In this document: positions 43,033 through 53,784 of the stretch, piece after piece | Layout: every line of letters begins with the position of its first letter | Position numbering within the stretch: the first letter of the stretch is position 1 | DNA from: an uncultured Chloroflexia bacterium | Lineage (GTDB): Bacteria; Chloroflexota; Anaerolineae; B4-G1; SLSP01 | Direction: 5' to 3' | NCBI GenBank assembly: GCA_963751345.1 | Contig: CAVVUS010000011.1 | Coordinates: 352,001 to 416,000 of the forward strand | Length of the DNA stretch: 64,000 bases | Made by a program: the position numbers and the translations under genes | Notes under the pieces: model-generated | The model's database searches: none | What the model was told of the DNA's origin: nothing | What the model saw: the letters and a program-made list of their open reading frames with translations, nothing else

Positions 43033-43875
43033 GTGGGCCTCGGCGAGCCAGAGCGCCTCGGAGAATCTGAGGGCGCTCGTCTTGAGGGCGACGTGCAGCC
43101 GGATGATGACAGGCTGCAGCCGGTCGCGGTTCGGGTTCGAGGTTTACCCGCTCCCGATACACTGGAGTTCGGCCTTCCCCAGGGCGACGTCTGCCTGGTG
43201 ACGGATGACGGCTCCGAGATTGCGCCCGCCGTGGTCGATCGGCTGACGACGCTTGGGTGGCCCGTGGTGATGCTGGGTCTGCCGGAGGGTGTGCAGCGCG
43301 AAGCGCCTGCCCGCGTGCCACGCTCTACGCCGGCGGTGCCGGTGATCGGTCTGACGGGGGTTGAGGAGTCGGACATTCGTGAGGCGCTGGCGCGCGTCCG
43401 GGCGGAACACGGTCCCGTGGGCATATGTATCTACCTGCATCCGCGCTTCCCCGCGCGCTCTCAGGCTGACCAGGCTCTGGCACCTGAGGACCGTGTCCTG
43501 CTGTCGGTCCCATTCCTGGTCGCCAAGATTCTTCAGCCGGATCTGGTAGCTGCGGCCACGGCCGCGCAAACCGAGACACTCAGCCGGGCCTGCTTTCTCA
43601 CGGTGACCGCGCTCGACGGTGTGTTGGGGCTCGACGGATGCGGCGATGCTGGCCCGATGGCCGGCGGGGTCGCAGGTTTGACCAAGACGCTCAGGCTGGA
43701 GTGGCCTGACGTCTACTGTCGTGCCGTCGATCTCGACCCTCGGCTGGCTGCCGATCAGGCCGCGGACGCGATCCTCGCGGAACTGCGGGATCCCAACCGT
43801 TTGGTGGCTGAGGTAGGGTATGGTCCCGAGGGACGGGTGACGCTGGAACAGGCCGATGGGCAGATCAGCAAATGA
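43033..43875 (+). CDS. Structural (N-terminal) KR subdomain of PfaA, HglF-like
   Basis: CLVTDDG, ICIYLHP, FLTVTALDG, GLTKTLRLEW, RAVDL, EVGY; no clear RBS. Confidence 0.78.
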   Translation: MGLGEPERLGESEGARLEGDVQPDDDRLQPVAVRVRGLPAPDTLEFGLPQGDVCLVTDDGSEIAPAVVDRLTTLGWPVVMLGLPEGVQREAPARVPRSTPAVPVIGLTGVEESDIREALARVRAEHGPVGICIYLHPRFPARSQADQALAPEDRVLLSVPFLVAKILQPDLVAAATAAQTETLSRACFLTVTALDGVLGLDGCGDAGPMAGGVAGLTKTLRLEWPDVYCRAVDLDPRLAADQAADAILAELRDPNRLVAEVGYGPEGRVTLEQADGQISK

Positions 43876-43996
43876 GCAGATCGATGCATCGACGGATCTG
43901 CAGACGGACACACGGGCATATGACGATGGAATACAGTGGCGGGTCGATGGCTGCCCCGCTGACGCGGGAGCGAATAGCGTGACGATAGGGAGTGAG

Positions 43997-45853
43997 ATGG
44001 CATTGGGCCGTGACCGAATGCCTACGGATCAGACAGTGTTTCTGGTCAGCGGCGGGGCCAAGGGCATCACGGCTGCCTGTGTCATTGCGTTGGCCCGCCG
44101 GTATAGGAGCCGCTTCATCTTGGTGGGGCGTTCGCATTTTGAGGCGAACGCCGAACCTGCGTGGGCTGCGGACGCTGCCGGTGAGGCCGATCTGAAGCGC
44201 CTGGCAATGGGAGCTCTTGCCGCTTCGGGGGAGCGTCCCACGCCCCGTCGTGTCCAGCAGATGGTGGCCCAGGTGACCTCCCAGCGGGAGATCGCCGCCA
44301 CGCTTGACGCCATTGCCGAGGTGGGCGGGACTGCGGTCTATGTCGCGGCCGACGTGACGGACGGCGAGGGGCTGGCGGTGGCTGTGGCACAGGCCGCCGA
44401 CGAGGTCGGTGCTGTCAATGGCATTGTCCACGGGGCCGGCCTACTGGCCGACAAGCTAGTGCAGGACAAGAGTGCAGCGGACTTCGACCGCGTGGTCTCC
44501 GTCAAGGTGGATGGCCTCCGCAACCTGCTCGCCGTTGTTCCGACCGAACGCCTCGAGTACCTGGTCCTCTTCTCGTCCGTCGCCGGCTTCTACGGCAATG
44601 TGGGTCAGGCCGACTACGCGGTGGCAAACGAGGTACTTAACAAGATGGCCCACTGGGTGCGGGCCCATTCGCCCGCGTGCCACGTGGTATCGGTAGACTG
44701 GGGTCCGTGGGATGGAGGGATGGTCACGCCTGAGCTCAAGAAGCAGCTTGCCCTGCGGGACATCAAAGTCATCCCAATCGAAGAGGGGACGGAGATCCTG
44801 GCCGATCTGCTGAGGCCGCGCCGCGTCGTTGGCCGCGCGAACTCACAGGTGATCGTTGGGAGTCCAATGCTCCCACCACTGCGTCAGCCTCCCACGGAAG
44901 AGCGCACCTACCACATTCGGCGCAGGCTGCGCGTCGAGGACAATCCCTTTCTCCTCGACCACGTCATCGGCGGAAATGCCGTGCTTCCCACGGTCTGCGC
45001 TGTTGCCTGGATGGCCAATGCCTGCGAGCAGCTCTATCCGGGGTACCAATTCCTGCGTGTGGATGACTACCGCGCACTCAAGGGCATCGTCTTCGACGAG
45101 GATCTTGCGGCAGAGCATACGCTGGATCTCCGCGTGCGAGCAGGTCGCCCTGAGAGCTCGGCAGCCGATGATCGCCGTACCGGGCGGCCGGGGGATCCCG
45201 CGGTTCCATCCACGATCGAGCGACTGAGTACAGTCGAGGCGGATGCGCTGATATGGAGTGACTCGGGTGGGGATCTGCCGCGCTATCACTACCGCGCCCA
45301 AGTGACGCTCTGCCGGACGTTGCCCGATGCGCCCACGCACCCCGTCCCCGACGCCGGTGTCGCGCCGGTGTTGAGGGGCGCCGATCTCTATGCGGATCGA
45401 CGTCTCTTCCACGGTCCGGGCTTCCAGGGGGTGCAGGAGATCCTCACGATGGATGAGACCGGCCTGACGATGAAATGCCTTTTGCCTCCCCTCTCGAGTG
45501 CGACGCAGGGGCAGTTTCCGGTGCAGGTGTTCAACCCCTACGTGGTCGATGTCCAGCTCCAGAGCTTGTTGGTCTGGGCCAATCACTATTTCGGCTATGG
45601 TGGGCTGCCCCTGCGCATCCGGCGGGGTGTGCAGTACCTGCCCTTGCGGTTCGGCGAGACCACTTACGCGTCGATGTACGTCAGGTCGCGGAGTCCTCGC
45701 AGTCTGGTCGCCGATGTGCTGATCTACGACGACGCGGGCATCGTTCATATGGAGGTGCGGGGCGCTGAGATCACCCTGAGCGAGCGACTCAACACGCTCT
45801 TCGAGCAGAATCGGTTGGAGATGGCCCTGCCGGTTGAGAACGGAGCCCTGTAA
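43997..45853 (+). CDS. KR plus PKS-type dehydratase, HglG/PfaA C-terminal-like (start uncertain, 43856-44018)
   Basis: SGGAKGIT, HGAGLLADK, FSSVAGFYGNVGQADYA, WGPWDGGMV, DHVIGGNAVLP, LFHGP. Confidence 0.9.
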   Translation: MALGRDRMPTDQTVFLVSGGAKGITAACVIALARRYRSRFILVGRSHFEANAEPAWAADAAGEADLKRLAMGALAASGERPTPRRVQQMVAQVTSQREIAATLDAIAEVGGTAVYVAADVTDGEGLAVAVAQAADEVGAVNGIVHGAGLLADKLVQDKSAADFDRVVSVKVDGLRNLLAVVPTERLEYLVLFSSVAGFYGNVGQADYAVANEVLNKMAHWVRAHSPACHVVSVDWGPWDGGMVTPELKKQLALRDIKVIPIEEGTEILADLLRPRRVVGRANSQVIVGSPMLPPLRQPPTEERTYHIRRRLRVEDNPFLLDHVIGGNAVLPTVCAVAWMANACEQLYPGYQFLRVDDYRALKGIVFDEDLAAEHTLDLRVRAGRPESSAADDRRTGRPGDPAVPSTIERLSTVEADALIWSDSGGDLPRYHYRAQVTLCRTLPDAPTHPVPDAGVAPVLRGADLYADRRLFHGPGFQGVQEILTMDETGLTMKCLLPPLSSATQGQFPVQVFNPYVVDVQLQSLLVWANHYFGYGGLPLRIRRGVQYLPLRFGETTYASMYVRSRSPRSLVADVLIYDDAGIVHMEVRGAEITLSERLNTLFEQNRLEMALPVENGAL

Positions 45854-48800
45854 TGGGCAAAGCCGGCATCATTGGTATGGACTGCGTCTTCGGGGACGCG
45901 GGCGACCTTGAGGTGTTTGCTCGCCTGGTCTATGTGGGCACGCCGTTACCCCTTGGTGCGCCTCAGATGTCGCCTGAGAGCGGGACCTCCACGCCAGGCG
46001 GGCTTGCTCTGCTCGTGAAGCGGCTCCTGGGCGCTCGACCCTCAGGGATGAGCGACGGGCCCGCCCCTCAGATCGGGGCCATTGTCTGCGCTACGGAAGC
46101 GAGTGTGGACGCAGCCACGATGGCGGCGACGCTCTCGTTCTATGGCACACCAGGTCCGAGCGAGGGCTTCGACCTGGGCCGGATCGCGGAGGCGTTGGAG
46201 CTCGCCCAGGCGTGGTTGACCCAGGGGGCCGCAGATCTGGTTCTGCTGGCGTCACACGATCAGGTCGGCACCTGTGGCATCGTGATAGCACCTGCCCAGG
46301 CCGTTTCCCCGGCTCGCATCTACGCTCTCGTCGAGAGCGTCACCGTGGGCGTCACAGAGCAAGGCTCCGCGCTCTATCGTCGGGGCTTGGCGGAGGCTGG
46401 CGCGACCCCGGCCGAGGTCGGGCTGCTGCAGGTCTCTGACTGGCCACCCAGTGCGGAGTTGGCTGCCGGATACATGACAGCATCTGAGGATCTCACGTGC
46501 GCTGTGGGCACGACGCCCGTAAGGCCGGACCCGCAGGGCGGTAGACCACCGGGCGAGGGCGCCGTATCCCCGCTCTGGAACGTGATCAAGGCGGCGCTCT
46601 GTCTCCACCGACGAGTGATCCCACCGACCGGCTTGTATTCCTTGCCGGTGACGGAATCCGCCGAAGCCGGCGTGCCCATTCGCGGCTCATCCGGCTGGCA
46701 GGACACACCTTTCTACATCGTACCGGAAGCCCGACCGTGGTTTGCGGGAAACGGGCGCCGCATCGCCTCCATTGTTCGCGAGGCGGACGTGGCCTGGCAG
46801 ATCGTCCTGTCGGAGCCTGCCCCGTCTCGGGAGATCGGGACATCCGGACGTATGGCCATCCGGCCCGGAGCAGCCGGTGAACCGAGCGTCCTTTTGCCCA
46901 TCGCCGGTGAGGACAAAGGCCAGATCCTCTCGCGGATGGACGCACTCCGTCGAAGTCTCGAGGGGGGAGCGTCGCTGCCGTCGGTGGTTGAGGCTGCCTA
47001 CGAGCGGTATGCCGCCGAGGCGGAGGCCCCCTATGCCCTCGCCCTGGTGGGGCGCAGGTCCGGGCGGTCGGAGTTGAAGGACGCGATCCTGAAGGAGATG
47101 GCGTTTGCGGCTGAGGGCGTCGAAGGGGCGGACCGGCAGGAGTGGCAGACGCCCGGTGGTAGCGTCTTCACGGCGCACCCGCTTGGGTCGCAAGGGGTGG
47201 CCTTCGTCTATCCTGGGGCGTTCAACTCCTACATCGGCCTGGGCAAGGACCTCTTCCAGCACTTTCCGGATCTGCACGAGCGCCTCTCCGGCCTGGTGTC
47301 CGATCTGGGGCGGGCTGTAGCCGATAGACATATCTATCCGCGCAGCCGAACGCGTCTGACGGAGAAAGACCTCGCTGGACAGGCAGGAGCAACTTACCGC
47401 AGACCCGCCGGCGCTGATCGAGTCGGGCACGGTCTTTGCCGTTGCTCACACGCACGTCATGTGCGAGGCATTCGGGGTGCAGCCACAGGCGGCGCTGGGC
47501 TACAGTCTGGGCGAAACGAGTATGCTCTGGGCGGCAGCCGTATGGCAGGACGGTGACGCGGGCGCGAGCGCTATGCGGTCGTCGCCTCTCTTCGGGGATC
47601 GAATTGTGGGGCCCAAGGCAGCGGTCCGTGAACACTGGGGCCTCGGTCCCGAAGAGGATGTCGATTGGGCGGTATTCCTGCTCAAGGCGCGCGTCCACGA
47701 TGTCCAGGAGGCGCTCAAGCGAGAGCCCCGGGTCTATCTGACGCTGGTCAACCAGCCCGGCGAGGTGGTAATCGCGGGCGACGCAGCCGGCTGCCAACGC
47801 GTCGTCGACGCCCTTGCGTGTCACGTGCTGCCCGTTCCCTACGACGTCGTCATCCACGCCGAGGCCATACGATCAGAGTACGGGGCGTTCGCCGAACTCT
47901 ATACGCATCCCGTGGCCAACCGCCCTCCGATGGATTTCTACTCGGCGGCGGACTACGGGCCTCTCACATTGGACAGCGCCGCGCTGGCGGACGCGATGGC
48001 GAGGATGACGTGCCAGCCCGTGGATTTCCCGCGCCTGGTTCAGCGCGTCTACGACGATGGCGCGCGTGTTTTTGTGGAGCTGGGTCCTCTCGGCACGTGC
48101 ACGCGGCGGATCAAGCGGATTCTGCGGGGCAGACCTCACGGCGCTGTGGCGATCAATCCTGGTGTTGGGGATGATTTCGATGGTGTTGTCCGCGCGCTCG
48201 CGTACCTTGTAGCGCATCGCGTGCCGATGGATCTTTCACCGCTATACGCGAGCGAGGCCGCGCTCCCTGTCCTTCCGGTTCTGTGGGCGGAGCCTGAGAT
48301 GGTAGAGGCGCCCTCGCCGTCTGAGGCGCCTTCGCCGTCCGAGGCGCCTTCGCCGTCCGAGGCGCCTTCGCCCCAGTCCCTTGAGGTGCTCCTGGAGGCG
48401 TATGGTCGCCGGCTGCTTCCCCACCGGCAGAGAGTGGCGATGTCGCACGAGAGATTCCTCGCGGCCCGCCATGCTGCCCAGGTGGGGGCCGGCGCCTTGA
48501 TTGACATGCAGCTTTCTGTAGGTCGGGTCATGCTGGGGACGCAGGTCCGGGTTCCCCATCGCGCCACCCCCCCCGCTCCTCCGCCTCCCTACGGGGAAGC
48601 GGAACTGCGCGCCTTCGCAATGGGTGACGTGGAGCGATGTTTCGGTCCTGATTTCGCCGTGTATCGCGGCAGGCGTCTGCCCAGGATCCCGAACGGGGAT
48701 CTGCTCTTGATGAGCAGGATTGTGCACATCGCGGGGAATTCAGACGACGGGCGTCATGCCGGCGCACCCGGTGCAGGACGCGGGCCGCCGTTCCGGTGCG

Positions 48801-49818
48801 GCGGGCGCTGCTGTGCCCGCCTTGCAGGGCGAGCACGCCCTCGTGAGCGAGTTCGATGTGCCGGATGATATCTGGTTCTATCGGGAGGCGGGCGCAGCCA
48901 CTCGTGGCTATCCCGGACTGCCACCTCACATCGCCTTGATGGAGATGGGGCTGCAGCCTTGTGGCTTCCTTTCGGCGCATCTGCGTTCCTCACTGCTCCT
49001 GCCGGAGGCGGATCTCTATTTCCGGAATCTGGATGGGGACGGCCGTATACTTGCGACTCCGGATCTCAGAGGGCGGACGGTTACCAATGAAGTGCGTATG
49101 CTCTCATCCGTACGCGGGCAGGGCACGATCCTCCAGAGCTTCGCGTATGGCCTCTCGTGCGAGGGCCAGCGATTCTACGAGGGTGAGGCGACCTTCGGCT
49201 ACTTCCGGCTCGATGCCCTGGTGCGTCAGGTGGGGCTCGATGGTGGGATGGAGGTCCGACCGTGGTTGGGGGATGCGTTGACTACGCCGTGCGGCTGAGG
49301 TCAGCCGTGCGCCGGCCGGCGGTGGGGTCCGTATTCCTCCGGCGCCGACGCCCGCCGTGCGGCAGTTGCAGGTCCTGGATGACCTGGTCGTGGTCCCCGA
49401 CGGTGGGCAGCATGGCAAAGGATACCTGTACGCCACGGGTTCGATCTCCCCTCGCGATTGGTTCTTTCACGCGCACTTCTACCAGGACCCCGTTATGCCG
49501 GGCTCGCTGGGCGTAGAGGCCGCACTTCAGGCGATGGCCTCCTATGCCCGGTGGAAGTATCCTGAGTTTGCGGCTGCCGGCGTTGGGTATCCGGTGGATG
49601 CTCACGCTGAATGGCGATACCGGGGCCAGATCACGCCCCAGGATAGGGACTGGTCGCTGGAGGTCCACATCTCCAATGTTGAGGAAACGCGCGATAGCGT
49701 GACGCTTGTCGGCGACGTGAGCGTCTGGAAGGCAGATCCTGAGCGGATTGGCGGCGCAGGTCGCCGGATCTATGAGGTGTCCGGCCTGGCGGTTCGGCTG
49801 GAGCACCCTCAGGGCTGA
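45853..49818 (+). CDS. PfaB/C-like fusion: degenerate KS/CLF, AT and FabA-type DH domains; several frameshifts
   Basis: IIGMDCVFG; AFVYPGAFNSYIGLG, GYSLGE; PRIPNGDL, MEMGLQPCGFL, FRNLDG; WFFHAHFYQDPVMPGSLGVEA. Confidence 0.85.
48305..48373 (+). repeat. 18-bp coding tandem repeat (EAPSPS)x3.8
   Basis: GAGGCGCC(C/T)TCGCCGTC(T/C) units. Confidence 0.85.
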
Positions 49819-49875
49819 TGTACCTGAAAATCTCCCAGCGGGCTGTGGCTGCCCGCGGAAGGCAGAAAGAGCACT

Positions 49876-51522
49876 ATGGTAGAGTATTCTCGAGCGCCGT
49901 CGGGTATGGCCGGGCTCGTGTGGTACGGTCGCCCCGACTCAATTGCGTACGATGAGCCCCGCATCCTGGAGAAAATCGAGAATCTGGATGCGCCCTGCTA
50001 TGTCGTCTATTCGAAGAATGGCAGCTCGGCGGATGACGAATCGGACCACCGGTCCATCGGGGTGACCAACGAGGGCGAGCTGTCGTCTTCCGGGACCTCC
50101 CCCTCGGAGGCTGAGAATCAGACGGGGTCCGAGGTTCGTGACTTCGCGTTTGTGACCCCTGCTATGTCTCGTCGGTCGCTGGGGGATCCCCGGTTCGTCG
50201 AGACCTACGGGTTGGAGTGCGCCTATATGGCCGGGGCCATGGCGAACGCCATCGCCAGCGAGGAGATGGTGATCGCTCTGGGCCGCGCGGGTATGCTGGG
50301 ATCCTTTGGCGCGGGTGGCCTCTCCCCGAGCCGGCTCGAGGCATCGATCCGCCGGATTCAGGAGGCGCTGCCTGATGGGCCCTACGCTGTCAACCTGATC
50401 CACAGCCCCAATGAGCCGGCTGCCGAAGAGCGAGCCGTCGATCTCTTTCTGCAGTACGGTGTCCACACCGTCGAAGCGTCTGCATACCTGGCCCTGACAC
50501 CTCACGTCGTGCGCTACCGGGCCGCCGGCCTGGCGGAGGATGGCGCCGGCAATGTCATCATCAGGAATCGGATCATTGCCAAGCTGTCGCGACGGGAGGT
50601 CGCCGCACACTTTCTGCAGCCTGCTCCCACGAGGATGCTGGCGCAACTCGTCGAGCAGGGCCTGATCACGACACAGCAGGCCGCACTCGCGGAGCGTGTG
50701 CCGATGGCGGATGACATCACCGTGGAGGCGGACTCCGGTGGCCATACAGACAACCGCCCGTTGGTCTGTATGTTGCCATCCATCCTCGCGCAGCGGGATG
50801 AGGTCCAGGCCGAGAGAGCCTATGCTACGCCGGTGCGCATCGGCGCTGCAGGGGGCATCGGGACGCCGCTCTCGGCCTTTGGTGCTTTCATGATGGGAGC
50901 GGCATACGTCGTGACGGGCTCGATCAACCATAGCTGCGTGGAAGCGGGCACGTCAGAGCACGTGAAGGCGCTGCTGGCTCAGGCTGATATGGCCGACGTC
51001 ATGATGGCCCCCGCAGCGGACATGTTCGAGATGGGCGTGAACCTGCAGGTGCTCAAGCGCGGCACGATGTTTCCGCTGCGCGCCCGCAAGCTATATGAGC
51101 TCTACCAGACCTACGACTCATTGGAGGCTATCCCGGCACCCGAGCTGGCGAAGTTGGAGAAACAGGTGCTCCGAAGGTCGGTGGACGATGTCTGGGAGGG
51201 GTGCGTGGATTTCTTCAGCGAGCGAGATCCCCGCCAGATCGAGCGCGCCAGGGAAAACCCAAAGCGCAAAATGGCCCTCGTCTTCCGATGGTATCTGGGT
51301 CTGGCAACGCGTTGGGGTATCGCCGGCGAGCGGGGCCGCGAGCTTGACTACCAGATCTGGTGCGGTCCGGCGATGGGAGCATTCAACGACTGGGCGCGGG
51401 GATCTGAGATGGAGTCGCCTTCGGGCCGCCGTGTCGCGGAGGTGGGCGGCGCGATTATGGATGGTGCGGCGCTACTCTACCGGAAGCAGATGCTCAAGCT
51501 GGGGGGCCTGCACGTGTCCTGA
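49876..51522 (+). CDS. pfaD: PfaD/HglA enoyl reductase
   Basis: GAMANAIAS, NLIHSP, EADSGGHTDNRP, GAAGGIGTP, APAADMFEMG, DYQIWCGPAMG. Confidence 0.95.
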   Translation: MVEYSRAPSGMAGLVWYGRPDSIAYDEPRILEKIENLDAPCYVVYSKNGSSADDESDHRSIGVTNEGELSSSGTSPSEAENQTGSEVRDFAFVTPAMSRRSLGDPRFVETYGLECAYMAGAMANAIASEEMVIALGRAGMLGSFGAGGLSPSRLEASIRRIQEALPDGPYAVNLIHSPNEPAAEERAVDLFLQYGVHTVEASAYLALTPHVVRYRAAGLAEDGAGNVIIRNRIIAKLSRREVAAHFLQPAPTRMLAQLVEQGLITTQQAALAERVPMADDITVEADSGGHTDNRPLVCMLPSILAQRDEVQAERAYATPVRIGAAGGIGTPLSAFGAFMMGAAYVVTGSINHSCVEAGTSEHVKALLAQADMADVMMAPAADMFEMGVNLQVLKRGTMFPLRARKLYELYQTYDSLEAIPAPELAKLEKQVLRRSVDDVWEGCVDFFSERDPRQIERARENPKRKMALVFRWYLGLATRWGIAGERGRELDYQIWCGPAMGAFNDWARGSEMESPSGRRVAEVGGAIMDGAALLYRKQMLKLGGLHVS

Positions 51523-51569
51523 GTACTGTTGAGCGTAGGATCTGTAGTGTTCCAGCCAGGAGGTCAGCG

Positions 51570-51809
51570 ATGATGAAGAAAGTCTGTCCGAACTGCCGGT
51601 CGACGCGCATCATACCCAATGCCGACGCGGTCGAAACCCAGAACCTCTCGATCCGGATCTACGAGCAACCGGATCTGGCGCTGCGGCGCGAGCGCCGCTA
51701 TCCGCTGAAGGCCTGGGTCTGTCTGGACTGTGGCTTCACCCAACTCTACGTAAGCCAACCTGCGGAGCTGGCCCGCAGCTACGACCGCTTCCTCGGCCGG
51801 GAGGCGTAG
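51570..51809 (+). CDS. Small zinc-ribbon protein
   Basis: CPNC...CLDCGFTQLY; GGAGG RBS. Confidence 0.75.
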   Translation: MMKKVCPNCRSTRIIPNADAVETQNLSIRIYEQPDLALRRERRYPLKAWVCLDCGFTQLYVSQPAELARSYDRFLGREA

Positions 51810-51821
51810 AAGGACGTCCGA

Positions 51822-51857
51822 ACGTGGGAACGTTTCAACGTGAGAACGTTCCCACGT
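51822..51857. repeat. Inverted repeat between convergent genes
   Basis: ACGTGGGAACGTT...AACGTTCCCACGT. Confidence 0.7.
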
Positions 51858-51866
51858 CCGTTCGCC

Positions 51867-52413
51867 TCACCACGCGACGGGCACCCGCTGAATGCGGTAT
51901 TGGCGGTCGAAGTACTGGACGTAGCGGTACTGTCTGCCGAATTCGTAGACACGGCGGGTCACGTCCACATCTTGTTGGCAGTAGTCGAATATCTCCTCAA
52001 CGCGGCCCTCTCGCCACCACTGCACAGCCTGCAGCCCGTCCGCGCTCTTCCCGACCTGAAGCGTTGCGGTCGCGACGGAGTCCAGTCTGAGTCGAAACCC
52101 CAGACGTTTCTGGATCTCAACCATCATGTCGAGGGTGGGGAGCTCTGCAAGAGCTCACGGCATCCGTGTACTGCTGCAGCACGATGTAGTCGAACCCGAG
52201 CAGGTTGTAGCCCACGATCGGGCCGTTCGTCGGACTGTGCGCGCGGTGCAGTAAGTCGAGCGCCAGTTGGGGCGCGTCAGCCTCGCTGTAGCGGTGGAAG
52301 GTCTCGTCCGATGTGTCGTAGGTGACCGCGACGGACATCCGCAGGCGCTCGGGATAGTGCCCACCGACTTCCTGGAACGAGTTCTGGGTCTCAAGGTCAA
52401 AGACGATCGGCAT
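51867..52413 (-). CDS. RNase H-like (DEDD) domain protein, frameshifted near 52140
   Basis: VFDLETQ, VGYNLLGFD, LDSVA..TL..GKSADGL, YCQQDV. Confidence 0.8.
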
Positions 52414-52544
52414 AGAGTGCTCCTTTGGGCGCTAATAGCCACTGATGAGTAACGAGTGACGATTGATCGGAAGTGTCTTGGATGTAGTATGCCATGGTCG
52501 CGCGGTTGATCCGTGAAATCTGTGCAATCCTTCGAATCCGTGAT

Positions 52545-53636
52545 TCAGACAATCACCCCGCCGCCAAGCACCTCCTCCCCGCTATAGAACACCAGCGACT
52601 GTCCTGGCGCGACGCCAAACTGGGGACCATCGAAGGTCACATGGGCCCGGTCGTCGCTGTCCACAGACACGGTGATGGGGACCAGCGGGGCACGATAGCG
52701 AATGCGTCCGAGTGCCGTGAACGGCGTCGCCGGTGGCGACCCCATAGTAAACGTCAGATCCGTCACGACACATTCCCGGCGCGCCAGGCCGGATCTGGGA
52801 CCGACGATCAAGGCGTTGTGTTCTGGATCCAACTCCAGCACGTACAGCCGCTCCGAGGCGGCGATGCCCAGGCCGCTCCGCTGCCCGACGGTGTAGAGGG
52901 CGAGCCCGCGGTGCTGCCCGATTTCGGTGCCCGCCTCGTCGTAGATGGGTCCCGGGCGCAATGCCTCCGGCCTGAGGGAGGCGAGCACGTCCGGGTATCC
53001 CGCACTCGCCACGAAGCATAGATCCTGGCTGTCGCCGGTCTCGGCGGAGGGAAGCCCCAGCGTTCGCGCGATGTCGCGGACCTCGTCTTTGCTCTCGACG
53101 TCTCCCAACGGCAGCAGTAGACGCCTGAGTTGGCGCTGGGTTAGCCGGTAGAGGGCGTAGCTCTGGTCCTTCGCCCTGGCACGCGCCATGACGAGATGGC
53201 GTGCCTGTTCCCTATCGCCTTCCGAGGTGAGCACTCGGGCATAGTGCCCTGTCGCCACCCAGCGTGCGTCGTGAGCGTCGGCCTCCTCGATCAACGTGGC
53301 GAACTTCAGCGTCGGGTTGCAGAGAGTACAGGGATTGGGCGTTCGCCCCGCCGCGTATGCGTCCACAAAGGGCGCCACGATGCGCTCGTAGAACGCCTGT
53401 CGAACGTCGCGCCGGATCAGGGGAATGTGCAGATGGTCCGCCACCGCCTGCACGCGCGCCGGAGACTCCTCCGGGTCCGCTTGACCCGCGGGTTCGGGTG
53501 CGTGCCAGGTCTCAAGGGTCACACCGATGACGTCGTAGCCCTGCGCCTGGAGCCGGGCCGCAGCCACCGCACTATCGACACCCCCGCTCAGCCCCACGAC
53601 CACTCGCCGTGCGGCACCTTTAGTTCTCGTGTGCAT
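52545..53636 (-). CDS. mnmA: tRNA 2-thiouridylase
   Basis: SGGVDS, TPNPC..CN..KF, ATGHYAR, KDQSY, SQDLCF, YTVGQR, PGQ. Confidence 0.95.
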   Translation of the reverse strand: MHTRTKGAARRVVVGLSGGVDSAVAAARLQAQGYDVIGVTLETWHAPEPAGQADPEESPARVQAVADHLHIPLIRRDVRQAFYERIVAPFVDAYAAGRTPNPCTLCNPTLKFATLIEEADAHDARWVATGHYARVLTSEGDREQARHLVMARARAKDQSYALYRLTQRQLRRLLLPLGDVESKDEVRDIARTLGLPSAETGDSQDLCFVASAGYPDVLASLRPEALRPGPIYDEAGTEIGQHRGLALYTVGQRSGLGIAASERLYVLELDPEHNALIVGPRSGLARRECVVTDLTFTMGSPPATPFTALGRIRYRAPLVPITVSVDSDDRAHVTFDGPQFGVAPGQSLVFYSGEEVLGGGVIV

Positions 53637-53689
53637 CGTGAGGCCATTATAGCGCAGCCTGGCGGTCGGGGAATGGGCCTCAACGGTGC

Positions 53690-53718
53690 TTGACATTTGG
53701 TTATATCGCCCATACAAT
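53690..53718 (+). promoter_or_regulatory. Sigma70 promoter
   Basis: TTGACA-17-TACAAT. Confidence 0.75.
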
Positions 53719-53784
53719 AGTACACGGAGCGTGAGACCTGCTCTTATCTAGCACCTGCAGCTCATTCAGCAAAGGAGATATACT

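Noticed and set aside
52440-52545. AT-richer spacer with ATC(C/T)GTG repeats
   Set aside because: Short and degenerate; looks like a decayed intergenic repeat with no supportable function
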